Origin: an uncultured Mycoplasmatota bacterium
Lineage (GTDB): Bacteria > Bacillota_I > Bacilli_A > RF39 > UBA660
NCBI GenBank assembly: GCA_948434005.1
Contig: CAOJEH010000001.1
Location: 13,678 to 77,677 of the forward strand
DNA length: 64,000 bases
Direction: 5' to 3'
Each line of letters begins with the position of its first letter. Position 1 is the stretch's first letter. The translations under genes and the position numbers were made by a program. Of this stretch, positions 18,903 through 28,992 are shown piece after piece. The notes under the pieces were generated by a model, which was not told where the DNA came from, ran no database searches, and was given only the letters and a program-made list of their open reading frames with translations.

Positions 18903-18961
18903 AACATAAAAAAAACAAAAAAATGTACAATAAATGTTAATTTTACATTTATTGTACATTT
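18903..18961 (-). terminator. Rho-independent terminator of metG
   Basis: Perfect 17-bp inverted repeat AAATGTACAATAAATGT / ACATTTATTGTACATTT with a 7-nt loop. On the minus-strand transcript it is followed by a U-run (plus-strand AAAAAAACAAAAAAA at 18908-18920), 10 nt after the metG stop. Confidence 0.8.
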
Positions 18962-18970
18962 GTTTACAAA

Positions 18971-20488
18971 TTATTTATTATCGATTCGCATAAATAATGG
19001 AGTTGGTTCATTTAATGAGTAACTATTATCAGTAATATAATTTAAACTATCATTATCATTATTGATTTGTTTTAATATTTCATCACTAGTATCAGGTAGA
19101 TATGGCTTTAACAAAAGAGCACAAACCCTTATTGATTCTAATAAATTATATATTACTGTTTCTAACTTATCCTGCATTGAAGGATTCTTTGCTAAAACCC
19201 ATGGCGTTGTTTCATCTATATATTTATTACTAATTCTTAATACATCAAATATTTCATCTATAGATGAACTTATTTCTAGTTTATCCATTTTTGCCTCTAT
19301 TGCAGAATCTAAATTATTTACTGCATTAATAAGATTTTTATCATATTCTGTTTGTTCATTTTTATTAGAAATATTACCATTAAAATATTTATTTCCCATA
19401 GATATAGTTCTTTGAACCAAATTTCCTAATACATTAGCTAAATCTCCATTTATTCTTTCTATTAATAATTCACGAGTTATATTACCATCACTAGAGAATG
19501 GGATTTCATGTAATAAATAATATCTAACAGCATCAACACCAAATTCTTTTACTAATTCATCAGCATAAATAACATTTCCCTTACTCTTACTCATTTTATC
19601 ATTATTCATTAATAACCATGGATGGCCAAATACTTTTTTTGGAAGGTCTAATCCTAATGAAAATAAGAAACATGGCCAATATATAGTATGAAACCTAATA
19701 ATGTCTTTTCCTATTAATTGAACATCTGCAGGCCAATACTTTTTAAATGTATCTGTAACATTATCAACATCATAACCAATATTAGTAATATAATTAGTAA
19801 GTGCATCTAGCCAAACATATACGATATGCTTATCATCAAAATCGACTGGTACTCCCCAATCAAATGATGTACGAGAAACACATAAATCTTGAAGACCTGG
19901 TTTAATAAAATTATTTAACATTTCATTTTTACGTGCAACAGGTTGAATAAAGTCTGGATGACTTTCTATATATTCTTCTAATTGTTTTTGATATTTTGAT
20001 AACCTAAAGAAATATGCTTCTTCTTTTCTCTCTTCTACTTCTCTACCACAATCGGGACAAGTGCCTTCTACTAATTGAGATTCAGTCCAAAAGGATTCGC
20101 AAGGAACACAATAAAGTCCCCTATATTCTCCTTTATAAATATCTCCTTTATCATACATTGTCTTAAAAATATGTTGCACTATTTTTTCATGATTAGTATC
20201 TGTTGTTCTAACAAAATTATCATAACTAGTATTCATAATATCCCAAATATCTTTTATTTCTAAAGATAATTTGTCTACATATTCTTTTGGACTAACGTTA
20301 TTTTCTTTTGCCTTTTTCTCTATTTTCTCTCCATGCTCATCTGTACCTGTTTGAAAATATACATCATATCCTTTCAATCTTTTATATCTTGCAATTGAAT
20401 CGGCTAAAACAATTTCGTAAGTGTTACCTATATGAGGTTTACCTGAGGTATATGCAATTGCAGTAAATATAGAAAAACTTTTTGCCAT
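18971..20488 (-). CDS. metG: Methionyl-tRNA synthetase (short form lacking the C-terminal tRNA-binding domain)
   Basis: HIGN (HIGH-type) motif PHIGNTYEIVLAD; KMSKS motif; 505 aa. Confidence 0.93.
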   Translation of the reverse strand: MAKSFSIFTAIAYTSGKPHIGNTYEIVLADSIARYKRLKGYDVYFQTGTDEHGEKIEKKAKENNVSPKEYVDKLSLEIKDIWDIMNTSYDNFVRTTDTNHEKIVQHIFKTMYDKGDIYKGEYRGLYCVPCESFWTESQLVEGTCPDCGREVEERKEEAYFFRLSKYQKQLEEYIESHPDFIQPVARKNEMLNNFIKPGLQDLCVSRTSFDWGVPVDFDDKHIVYVWLDALTNYITNIGYDVDNVTDTFKKYWPADVQLIGKDIIRFHTIYWPCFLFSLGLDLPKKVFGHPWLLMNNDKMSKSKGNVIYADELVKEFGVDAVRYYLLHEIPFSSDGNITRELLIERINGDLANVLGNLVQRTISMGNKYFNGNISNKNEQTEYDKNLINAVNNLDSAIEAKMDKLEISSSIDEIFDVLRISNKYIDETTPWVLAKNPSMQDKLETVIYNLLESIRVCALLLKPYLPDTSDEILKQINNDNDSLNYITDNSYSLNEPTPLFMRIDNK

Positions 20489-20494
20489 AATTTC

Positions 20495-20760
20495 ATCTCC
20501 TTTTTATTGAGGTTAATATTAACTATAGTATATTATGAAAATAAAAAAATATTATAACATAAGGACGAATTACTCCGCGGTTCCACCTTATTTTATAATA
20601 TCAATTATACTCTCAAATAGTTAACGCCTATATACGATCATACCTACATATCGATATGATGGTTCAAAAGCCATATTTTATAAATTATCTATATCTACTT
20701 TCACCAACATAGACTCTCTTTAATAGATACTATTTATAAAACTCTTTCTCACAACCTCTA
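20495..20760 (-). ncRNA. T-box riboswitch leader of metG
   Basis: On the minus strand the conserved T-box sequence AAGGTGGAACCGCGG is present (plus-strand CCGCGGTTCCACCTT at 20575-20589). Stem I base AAAGAGAG (plus CTCTCTTT at 20714-20721) is followed by GGTGAAAGTAG. A candidate AUG specifier lies in AAAAUAUGGC. I could not fold the terminator confidently by eye. Confidence 0.5.
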
Positions 20761-20787
20761 ATTGAAGCTATAATATCATATATTTTT

Positions 20788-21318
20788 TTATTCTTCAATA
20801 TGTTTACCTAAAAAACTTGAAATTATTGAAGCCAATTTTACATCACTATCAGTTATACCTTCTTTATCAGAAAATATAACAACATTTCCCACTACATCAC
20901 CATTCATAATAATAGGACTAATTACAAAAGCTAAACTCTCATTAACTCCATCTACAATCTCAACATCATGTAAATCTTTTTCTACTACCATTTCCCTACT
21001 ATTAAGTTTCTGCTCTAAATATTTTGAAATATTTTTATCCAAATATTGCATTTTTATATTACTAGATGCTGATATAACTTTATCTCTATCAGTAATAATA
21101 ACATTTTTAAGTATAGTTTGATTAATCGTATTAACTAAATTATTAGAAATTTCCTTTATATCAGACATAGAAGAATACTTTTTTAGAGTAATCATCTCAT
21201 TTTCTACAAATATTTCTAACGATTCACCATCTCGTATTCTTAATGTTCTTCTTAATTCTTTTGGAATAACAATTCTTCCTAAATCATCTATTCTTCTTAC
21301 TACGCCAGTTGTTTTCAC
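20788..21318 (-). CDS. spoVT: Stage V sporulation protein T (AbrB-type N-domain plus GAF domain)
   Basis: N-terminus MKTTGVVRRIDDLGRIVIPKELRRTLRIRDGESLEIFV, nearly identical to B. subtilis SpoVT; C-terminal GAF-like GDVVGNVVIFSDK; 176 aa; lies next to mfd. Confidence 0.9.
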   Translation of the reverse strand: MKTTGVVRRIDDLGRIVIPKELRRTLRIRDGESLEIFVENEMITLKKYSSMSDIKEISNNLVNTINQTILKNVIITDRDKVISASSNIKMQYLDKNISKYLEQKLNSREMVVEKDLHDVEIVDGVNESLAFVISPIIMNGDVVGNVVIFSDKEGITDSDVKLASIISSFLGKHIEE

Positions 21319-21466
21319 AATTATTCCTCACTTTCTTCTATAAATATTATTTCTAATATTTTTAATTTTATACTCAAATATCTTCATATATTTATATTAT
21401 AATATCTATAGAGTAAAATTAACTTGGTAAATATTTCCAATAAATATAAATAAAAAAAGCGCAATT

Positions 21467-22174
21467 TTATGCGCTTAAACTTTTTTCTTTAAATATATGT
21501 GAATTTGTTTTTGTAAATAAGTATCTTTCTTTTTGCTCATTAATCCCATTTATTAATGTTCTATCTTTTACCATTTGTTTAATATCAATACTATCTAGTA
21601 ATTGTTTTTGATAAGTAGTTTTCATATACTTTAGAAATAATTCTGATATTTTTTCTGTTTTTTCTCTATCTTCAGAATCTTTATATATTGTATCAAGACC
21701 TTCTACCAAAATATCATCATTACACTCTAATATAGATTTTTTAACTCTACTTTTTATTTTTTTATCTATAACTTTTAAATCTTCTACTTCTAAATCTATA
21801 GTTTCAGTTTCTCTTTCTGGAATAAATTCTACTATTCTATCTATAAGAGGTTTATTTCTAACATCTTTTAATTCAGCTATCTTTTCTAACAAAACCATTC
21901 TATAATTAGATAATAACTTTTTTAATTTTTCATCATTTAATACTAGATTTTCTTTTTTTGCAAGGGATAAAAGCTTTTGTTTTATAGCATCCATCGAATC
22001 AAGAGGTGGTTCTTTTATTAAAGAAGCAATATCTTCATCAATTAAAGATTTTGTATTATTCTCTACTATAAGAATAACAGCATTTTTATAATTGGTATCT
22101 AACTGTTCTAATATTTTTTGGTCTTCTGCTTCCATCTTAATCCTCCTAGTATCTACTATATACAAGAATAGCAA
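21467..22174 (-). CDS. Hypothetical highly charged, coiled-coil-rich protein between mfd and spoVT
   Basis: 235 aa, K/E/D/L rich, no TM and no recognisable motif; a hairpin (AAGCGCA...TGCGCTT, 21455-21477) plus U-run follows its 3' end. Confidence 0.4.
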   Translation of the reverse strand: MLFLYIVDTRRIKMEAEDQKILEQLDTNYKNAVILIVENNTKSLIDEDIASLIKEPPLDSMDAIKQKLLSLAKKENLVLNDEKLKKLLSNYRMVLLEKIAELKDVRNKPLIDRIVEFIPERETETIDLEVEDLKVIDKKIKSRVKKSILECNDDILVEGLDTIYKDSEDREKTEKISELFLKYMKTTYQKQLLDSIDIKQMVKDRTLINGINEQKERYLFTKTNSHIFKEKSLSA

Positions 22175-22185
22175 GCCTTTTTTTG

Positions 22186-25100
22186 TTAGTCAATACCTTT
22201 TATATATTTAGTTTCTATATAATCCAATAGCTCTGTCAAATATAGTAGTGGATGTTTTTCTAAACGAATAGTATCCAAAATAATTAATAGATTACTACCT
22301 TTACTTTTAAACCTAAACATTGTAGATATCTTATAAGACTTAACAAATAAATCTTCTGTATCTATCTTTTTTACTACACTCTCTGGAAATACCAACTCTA
22401 TATAATTTTTTGTTTCATTTACATTTTTTAATCCAATTAATTCAATTTGTTTTTCAAACCATTCTTCATACATATAAGTTATCATATTTTCATTAAGCTT
22501 ACCAAATCTATCTTCTAACTCATTTTTAATAATTTCTAGTTTCTCTTTACTATCTATTTCATTTATTTTTCTATGGATTTCTATTTTTAAAGATTCGTCT
22601 TCTACATAATTATCCTCTATATGAGTATTAACATTTAAAACTGGTTGAGAAGACTCTTCATCTTCTAAATCTACTTCCTCTCCTTTTCTAATAGAGATTT
22701 CTTGATCTAACATTTTTAAATATAAATCTATTCCGACTGTATCAATAAAACCAGCCTGCTCACTACCTAAAATATCTCCTGCTCCTCTTATTGATAAATC
22801 CCTTGTTGCAATTGAAAAACCACTACCAAGTTCAGTAAATTCTTTTATAACATTAAGACGTTTAGTAGCAGATTCTGTAAGAACTTTTGAAGGTTGATAC
22901 ATTAAATATGCATAAGCAAATTTATTACTTCTACCAACACGCCCTCTAATCTGATATAACTGACTTAATCCAAATCTATCTGCATCTAAAATAATCAATG
23001 TATTAGCATTAGGAATATCTATCCCTGTCTCTATAATAGTAGTACATACTAAAACATCAAATTCTTTATTTATAAAACTAATCATTTTATTTTCTAATTC
23101 TTTTTTAGTCATTCTACCATGAGCATAAGATATTCTAGCATCAGGAACTAAAGTGCGTATTTCATTTACTTTATTTTCTATCTTTTCTACACTATTAAAC
23201 AATACAAAAGTTTGTCCATTCCTAGATAACTCTTTATAAATAGCATCTTTAATTAATCCTTTATTTTCTTCAACAACATATGTCTGAATTGGATATCTAT
23301 CAACTGGAGGAGTCTCTATTAATGATAAACTTCTAATACCTACCATAGACATTTGTAAAGTTCTAGGTATAGGAGTTGCCGTAAGTGTTAGAACATCCAC
23401 ATTTGTCTTATATGATTTAATTTTCTCTTTATGTAAAACACCAAATCGTTGTTCTTCATCTATTACTAACAATCCTAAATCTTTTGGTTTTATATCATCA
23501 CTTAGTAATCTATGAGTTCCAAAAACAATATCTATAGTACCAGTTGATAAACCTTCTCTAATTCTTTTTACTTCTTTTGGACTAGTAAATCTATTTAATA
23601 TAGCTATATTGACAGGAAAGTTTTCAAATCTTTTTATAGCGTTTTCGTAATGTTGATTAGATAAAATTGTTGTTGGACATAAAAATAAGACTTGTTTAGA
23701 ATCTATTACAGCTTTAGCAATTGCCCTGAAAGCAACTTCTGTTTTTCCAAATCCAACATCTCCACACAATAATCTATCCATAGGTAACGGTTTTTGCATA
23801 TCTTCTTTTATTTGTTTTACTGCTACACTCTGATCTGTTGTTAAATCAAAAGAACAATCATTTTCAAATTCAATTTGTAAAGAAGAATCTTCACTAAAAG
23901 CAAATCCTTTTCTACTTTCACGTTCTGCATATAATTTAAGCAATTTATCTGCCATATCAGCAACACGTTTTCTAACCCTAGCCTTTGTTTTTTTCCAATC
24001 TAGGCTATCCATCTTATTTATTTTTGGTACAACACCTTCTTTACCAACGTATTTATATAATAAATCAATTTTTTCTACAGGTATATATAACTTATCTTTT
24101 CCTTTATATAAAACTTCTATATAATCTCTCTTAATACCATTTGATGTTAAAACCTTTATTCCATTATATACCCCAATACCATGAGCATTATGAACAACAT
24201 AATCTCCTATTTTTAAAGAGTTAATATCATTTATTTTTGAAGAATATTTGAACTTTGTCTTATATTTTTTCTTTTCATTCTTTTTTATAAATAACTCATT
24301 TTCAGTTAAAATTACAAAGTCTTCATAAATAAATCCTTCAGATAGTGGTTTAGCAATTATATTTATTTGATTTAGTTTTATATCTTGTTCTGTTGTTTCA
24401 TATATCTTACAGTTTATTTTTCTTATAATCTTTTTAATTCTACTTTTGTCTAGACAAATAATAACAGTTCTATTATTCCTCATTTGGTTATTTAAAAAGC
24501 TTGTTATAGCATCTTCTTTTTCCATAAAGTTATTTATTGTAAAAACTTCATATAAAGTAACATCCTTAACTTCTTTTTTACTTGATACATTATTAATACT
24601 CATATAGTAAATATAATCTTTATTATAAATATCTGATAAGTCAAACATATACTTATTATTAAAGTCATTATCCTTTGTTTCAATATAAGTTAAAACTTCA
24701 TTCATAATACTAGAAAAACCAACTTCTAATTGAGAATAATCTTTAAATACAACAATAGAATCGTCCATATAATTAGATATGTTAACTACATTTTTAGAAT
24801 ACATTGGTAAATATTTTTGCTTATCATAATGATTTATATCTACTTCTTTATCACAAATAAACTCTGTAAAAGGTTTAATAAGTATACTATCTACTTTATC
24901 TATCGACTTTTGATTATCTGGAGAAAAATGCCTAATAGATTCTATTTCATCACCAAAGAATTCTATTCTAATTGGATTATCCTCTCCTAAAGGATATATA
25001 TCTATTAAAAAGCCTCTTACACCTACTTCACCAGTTTTAGTAACAATAGATTCTTTTACATAACCATAATTAATAAGTTTTTCAATTAATGTTTTTGGTT

Positions 25101-25503
25101 TTAATTCCATACCAACAGTAAGAGATAAACAAGCAGATTTATAAGTTTCTTTTTCAGGAAGAAATCTTAAATATCCCATTAAATTTGTAATTACAATACA
25201 TTTTTTATTATCATTTAAAGCACTCATTGTCTCTAGTCTAGTAATTTTTAAATCTGGACTAATTGCAATAGCTTCACTTGTTAAAAAATCATCCATAGGA
25301 AATAAATAACAACTATCTGTATAATTTTGTAGTGAAGAATATATTTTATTAGCTTCATATAATGAATTAACTACTACTAATATATTTTTATTTTCCTGCT
25401 TTAATAAATTATATAAGTAAACACAAAAAAACTCAGATGTATTACTAGACACACCCATACCTTTTTTATAATTTATCTTAATTAGATTATCAAATATATT
25501 CAT
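22186..25503 (-). CDS. mfd: Transcription-repair coupling factor Mfd
   Basis: 1105 aa; Walker A GDVGFGKTEVA; DEEQ helicase motif (LLVIDEEQRFGV); UvrB-homology N-terminus; TRG motif region; directly downstream of pth. Confidence 0.95.
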   Translation of the reverse strand: MNIFDNLIKINYKKGMGVSSNTSEFFCVYLYNLLKQENKNILVVVNSLYEANKIYSSLQNYTDSCYLFPMDDFLTSEAIAISPDLKITRLETMSALNDNKKCIVITNLMGYLRFLPEKETYKSACLSLTVGMELKPKTLIEKLINYGYVKESIVTKTGEVGVRGFLIDIYPLGEDNPIRIEFFGDEIESIRHFSPDNQKSIDKVDSILIKPFTEFICDKEVDINHYDKQKYLPMYSKNVVNISNYMDDSIVVFKDYSQLEVGFSSIMNEVLTYIETKDNDFNNKYMFDLSDIYNKDYIYYMSINNVSSKKEVKDVTLYEVFTINNFMEKEDAITSFLNNQMRNNRTVIICLDKSRIKKIIRKINCKIYETTEQDIKLNQINIIAKPLSEGFIYEDFVILTENELFIKKNEKKKYKTKFKYSSKINDINSLKIGDYVVHNAHGIGVYNGIKVLTSNGIKRDYIEVLYKGKDKLYIPVEKIDLLYKYVGKEGVVPKINKMDSLDWKKTKARVRKRVADMADKLLKLYAERESRKGFAFSEDSSLQIEFENDCSFDLTTDQSVAVKQIKEDMQKPLPMDRLLCGDVGFGKTEVAFRAIAKAVIDSKQVLFLCPTTILSNQHYENAIKRFENFPVNIAILNRFTSPKEVKRIREGLSTGTIDIVFGTHRLLSDDIKPKDLGLLVIDEEQRFGVLHKEKIKSYKTNVDVLTLTATPIPRTLQMSMVGIRSLSLIETPPVDRYPIQTYVVEENKGLIKDAIYKELSRNGQTFVLFNSVEKIENKVNEIRTLVPDARISYAHGRMTKKELENKMISFINKEFDVLVCTTIIETGIDIPNANTLIILDADRFGLSQLYQIRGRVGRSNKFAYAYLMYQPSKVLTESATKRLNVIKEFTELGSGFSIATRDLSIRGAGDILGSEQAGFIDTVGIDLYLKMLDQEISIRKGEEVDLEDEESSQPVLNVNTHIEDNYVEDESLKIEIHRKINEIDSKEKLEIIKNELEDRFGKLNENMITYMYEEWFEKQIELIGLKNVNETKNYIELVFPESVVKKIDTEDLFVKSYKISTMFRFKSKGSNLLIILDTIRLEKHPLLYLTELLDYIETKYIKGID

Positions 25504-25507
25504 AAAA

Positions 25508-26074
25508 TCACCTATTTTTCTGATTATATTTATTCATTAAATCTGGAAACGGTAATTTAAAATAATTATCTATTACATCATTTATTAAAGGAACCATATC
25601 TGAAAATATCTTTTTATCATCACTATTTATTCTACTTAGTACATAATCTTTAGTATCAATATTTTTATTATTAGATATTCCTATTTTTAATCTTTTATAT
25701 TGATTACTACTTAAATGAAGTTCTATATTTTTTAAACCATTATGACCTCCACTACTACCAGAAGGTTTTAATTTAAAGTTTCCCATATTTAAATCTAAAT
25801 CATCACTTATAACTAAAATATCATCAATATCTATTTTATAAAAATCTATGTACTTTCTTACAACTTCTCCTGATAAGTTTATAAACGATTGAGGTTTTAA
25901 CAATATAACATCAGTATCAAATAATTTTGTTTTAATAAATAAACCATTATCTTTTAATTTATAATCACCCAAATTATTAGCACTAACATAATTATCTAGA
26001 AAATAAAAACCAATATTATGTCTAGTATTTTCATATTCTTTTCCAGGATTTCCTAATCCTACAATTAATTTCAT
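25508..26074 (-). CDS. pth: Peptidyl-tRNA hydrolase
   Basis: MKLIVGLGNPG...TRHNIGF...GHNGLK motifs; 188 aa. Confidence 0.93.
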   Translation of the reverse strand: MKLIVGLGNPGKEYENTRHNIGFYFLDNYVSANNLGDYKLKDNGLFIKTKLFDTDVILLKPQSFINLSGEVVRKYIDFYKIDIDDILVISDDLDLNMGNFKLKPSGSSGGHNGLKNIELHLSSNQYKRLKIGISNNKNIDTKDYVLSRINSDDKKIFSDMVPLINDVIDNYFKLPFPDLMNKYNQKNR

Positions 26075-26084
26075 CTACATCACC

Positions 26085-26552
26085 TTATTTCAACTCTTTT
26101 TGATAGTAAACTGAATATTCTAAAAAATTATATTTATGATAAAAACTAATAGCCGCAGTATTTTTAGGGAAAGCATTTAATTTTATAAATTTTGCTCCTT
26201 GTAATTTCATTTCTTCAGTAAATTCATTTAATAGTTTAGTGCCGATACCACATCTTCTATACTCTTTATCAACACATAAGTGAGATAAAAATCCAACCTT
26301 TTCTTTATAATACCAAGCATCTAATATTTTACCATCAATGAAACCAACTATTTCATTATCTATTACAGCAACTAAATAAGTATTCTTTTTATTTTTTATA
26401 CTTTTTTTCAAATCTTGAATTCCCTTTTCTTTTAATATACAATCCTCTATTAAGTTAGAGTCAAAAGGTAATTCAGCCTCTTCTATCTGCAAATTAAGTT
26501 TTTGAATAGAATCAAAATCACAAATAGTAGCTTTTTTAATCAAAATATTCAT
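26085..26552 (-). CDS. GNAT-family N-acetyltransferase
   Basis: Acetyl-CoA binding motif RRCGIGTKLLNEF; 155 aa. Confidence 0.75.
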   Translation of the reverse strand: MNILIKKATICDFDSIQKLNLQIEEAELPFDSNLIEDCILKEKGIQDLKKSIKNKKNTYLVAVIDNEIVGFIDGKILDAWYYKEKVGFLSHLCVDKEYRRCGIGTKLLNEFTEEMKLQGAKFIKLNAFPKNTAAISFYHKYNFLEYSVYYQKELK

Positions 26553-26611
26553 TTAAATCAGCTCCTGTATATAATCAATTATAATATAAAATTACCTACA
26601 TAATAAATTTA

Positions 26612-27487
26612 TTACATATTTTTTTCTATAATACCATATACCATAGATATATTAGTAGGTACAATATATTTTACATTTAATTTTTTAGCAACTACTAATA
26701 CAAAGGCACACATTGCTCTAGTAGCAAACCACCAATCTGGATTAGATACTTTTTTCTTTATATCATCTAAAGAAATTTCTTTATAATATCTTTTAGTCTC
26801 TTTAATTCTTGTTTCTATATCCATCATAATAGATGAATTATCATCACTATATAAAGTATTATTTTCATACTTTATTCCGGAATTTCTAGCAAAGTATTCA
26901 TGTCCTCCTCCAGCAAGAATTAAAATATCTACTTTTTCATTAGGTACATCTAGACGTTGTTCAATATAATCTATTACTTCCTCAAGTGAGGTACCAGCAG
27001 TATCATTATCTAAATCAGGAAACTCTTTCATAATATCCATAACACCTATTTTTGTATTTTTACTTTCAACAATTTGTTTATCAAAAATAGATATTTCTGT
27101 AGAGCCGCCGCCGCCTACAAAAACACATACTTTTTCTTCTACACCTCTTGTTGCACCAATAACTGTAAGTTCATTTTCCTCTTGTTGAGATATAATATTA
27201 AAGTTTATGCCTGTTTGATTTAAAAAGTTATTAAGAAAAGCATCTTTTTTATTTTGCTCTAAATCTCTAAAAATACTTGTACCACATACATAAATATCAT
27301 CATAATCTTTTTTTAATTCTAAAACTTTACCAACTAATAAATTCATGTCATTAGAATCTATTTCCTGATTCTTTTGATAATTACTCTTAAATAGAATTGT
27401 AACTTCATCTAGTCTTTTAATTGTTTTACCATCATAGATATCTATTTTAGTATTAGTTGAACCTACTTCAATAATAATTTTATTCAT
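26612..27487 (-). CDS. Ppx/GppA-family phosphatase, short form (actin-like ATPase fold)
   Basis: EVGSTNTK phosphate-1 motif; CGTSIFRDL (compare ATSAxReA); GINFNIISQQEENELTVIGA (compare GieVisGeEEArL); VFVGGGGSTEISI (compare DIGGGSTE). Confidence 0.55.
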   Translation of the reverse strand: MNKIIIEVGSTNTKIDIYDGKTIKRLDEVTILFKSNYQKNQEIDSNDMNLLVGKVLELKKDYDDIYVCGTSIFRDLEQNKKDAFLNNFLNQTGINFNIISQQEENELTVIGATRGVEEKVCVFVGGGGSTEISIFDKQIVESKNTKIGVMDIMKEFPDLDNDTAGTSLEEVIDYIEQRLDVPNEKVDILILAGGGHEYFARNSGIKYENNTLYSDDNSSIMMDIETRIKETKRYYKEISLDDIKKKVSNPDWWFATRAMCAFVLVVAKKLNVKYIVPTNISMVYGIIEKNM

Positions 27488-27497
27488 ATTAACACTC

Positions 27498-27812
27498 CTA
27501 TTTTTTAGTTAAATCTAAATCAGTATAATAAATAATTTCTTTATTTAATTTTTTTGCATATTCTATTTCACTTTTTGTACTACCTCCTATATAATTATCA
27601 ACATTAACAACCAAAATTGCATCTGATAATTTTATTTTTTCTTTATGCATCTTATCTAAAATATCCACTTCTTCATCAGTATAAGCATCTTTGTCAGGAT
27701 TAGTAGGATAAATTGGTGCAAGTACACAATTTTCTTGTAATTCCAACATTTCTGCCACTTCTATCATCTCATTTTTAAATCTTAAACTTCCACATATTGT
27801 TATAACTTTCAT
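27498..27812 (-). CDS. Hypothetical small protein, possibly a nucleoside 2-deoxyribosyltransferase-like (Rossmann-like) fold
   Basis: 104 aa; the only weak hints are an MKVITICGS...IGGSTKSEIEYAKKLNK pattern. Confidence 0.3.
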   Translation of the reverse strand: MKVITICGSLRFKNEMIEVAEMLELQENCVLAPIYPTNPDKDAYTDEEVDILDKMHKEKIKLSDAILVVNVDNYIGGSTKSEIEYAKKLNKEIIYYTDLDLTKK

Positions 27813-27824
27813 TTACTCCTCCTA

Positions 27825-28235
27825 TTATATTTGCTCTAATTCAGCTAATGATTTAGATTTTTTTATGGTCTTATCTGATACTTTAATCAACTTATTATTT
27901 ACTGCAACATAATGAATTATTTCTAGATTATTACAATTCATAGCTTTTCTTATCTCACTTTCAATATAATGAAGTTGAATACAATGGGAGGACTTATCCA
28001 CAGTAGCAAAAATAATTTTTTTAATATCTACCTTACAAATCATACCAATTATTTTTGTTACTACCATATTAAAATGTGTGCTTTCTAAACATACTTCATA
28101 TATATTTTTAGACATTTTTGTAAGTGCTTGATAAGCATTTGGTTGCATATTTTTTAAACAACTACCTACTATAACCATATCAGTATCAACATCATAACAA
28201 TTTGTTTTCATTAAACCTTTCATCATTACCTCCAT
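27825..28235 (-). CDS. Hypothetical Cys/His-containing protein
   Basis: 136 aa with several Cys (VIVGSC, EVC, MIC, SHC, NC) and no motif I can name. Confidence 0.35.
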   Translation of the reverse strand: MEVMMKGLMKTNCYDVDTDMVIVGSCLKNMQPNAYQALTKMSKNIYEVCLESTHFNMVVTKIIGMICKVDIKKIIFATVDKSSHCIQLHYIESEIRKAMNCNNLEIIHYVAVNNKLIKVSDKTIKKSKSLAELEQI

Positions 28236-28251
28236 ATTTATCGTTAATTTA

Positions 28252-28953
28252 TTAAAGATAATTTCTACTTTTTAAATACTTAAAAAGTATTGGTACCATT
28301 TTTTCTATATCTAACTTTGTATTATTAATAGCATACTTCAAAATATCAATTAAGGAAGTAGAATCATTTATATAACATAACTCTATATTTTCCTTAGAAA
28401 TAATATGATTAGATAAACAATGAAGATTCCATCTATCCATATCATTATTTTCTAAAGAAGAGTATTTTTTATCATAACCCATTAACTCTAAATGCCTTTT
28501 TTTATATTTTCTTGACTTTATTTCATCTATATCATCATAATTAAAATCAATTTTTTCTTTTAAATCTAATTTTAATAAAATAGATTCATCAAGAAGTTTA
28601 TCAAAAACTTTAAAAGCTCTTTTTTCATGTACTTTTGTTTTCTTTAAGACACCAAAATAGCAATCTGCAATGATTTGTGGAAACCATCTTTGTCTTAGAA
28701 AATTTGCACCTATTGTATAAATAAAAGGTATTCTTGGCATATAATAATATACATTTATCCAGCAATCAAATAATATTAAAAGATTGTCTAAACCTTCAAC
28801 AAAAAAGACTTTTTTTGTTTTTTCAATGTATTTAGCATGTTTTACGATTTTAGGAATTAGTCCTTTTTTTTCAATAGACTCTAAATTATAATTAGCTGTA
28901 AAATGGAAATAATTTGAAGTTATATCACTAGTAGTTAATTTATATTTTTTCAT
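28252..28953 (-). CDS. Hypothetical protein
   Basis: 233-aa ORF with reasonable codon usage in a tight gene array; no recognisable domain. Confidence 0.4.
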   Translation of the reverse strand: MKKYKLTTSDITSNYFHFTANYNLESIEKKGLIPKIVKHAKYIEKTKKVFFVEGLDNLLILFDCWINVYYYMPRIPFIYTIGANFLRQRWFPQIIADCYFGVLKKTKVHEKRAFKVFDKLLDESILLKLDLKEKIDFNYDDIDEIKSRKYKKRHLELMGYDKKYSSLENNDMDRWNLHCLSNHIISKENIELCYINDSTSLIDILKYAINNTKLDIEKMVPILFKYLKSRNYL

Positions 28954-28992
28954 ATAACACCTCTATAATTCTTACTAAAATTATAACATAAT

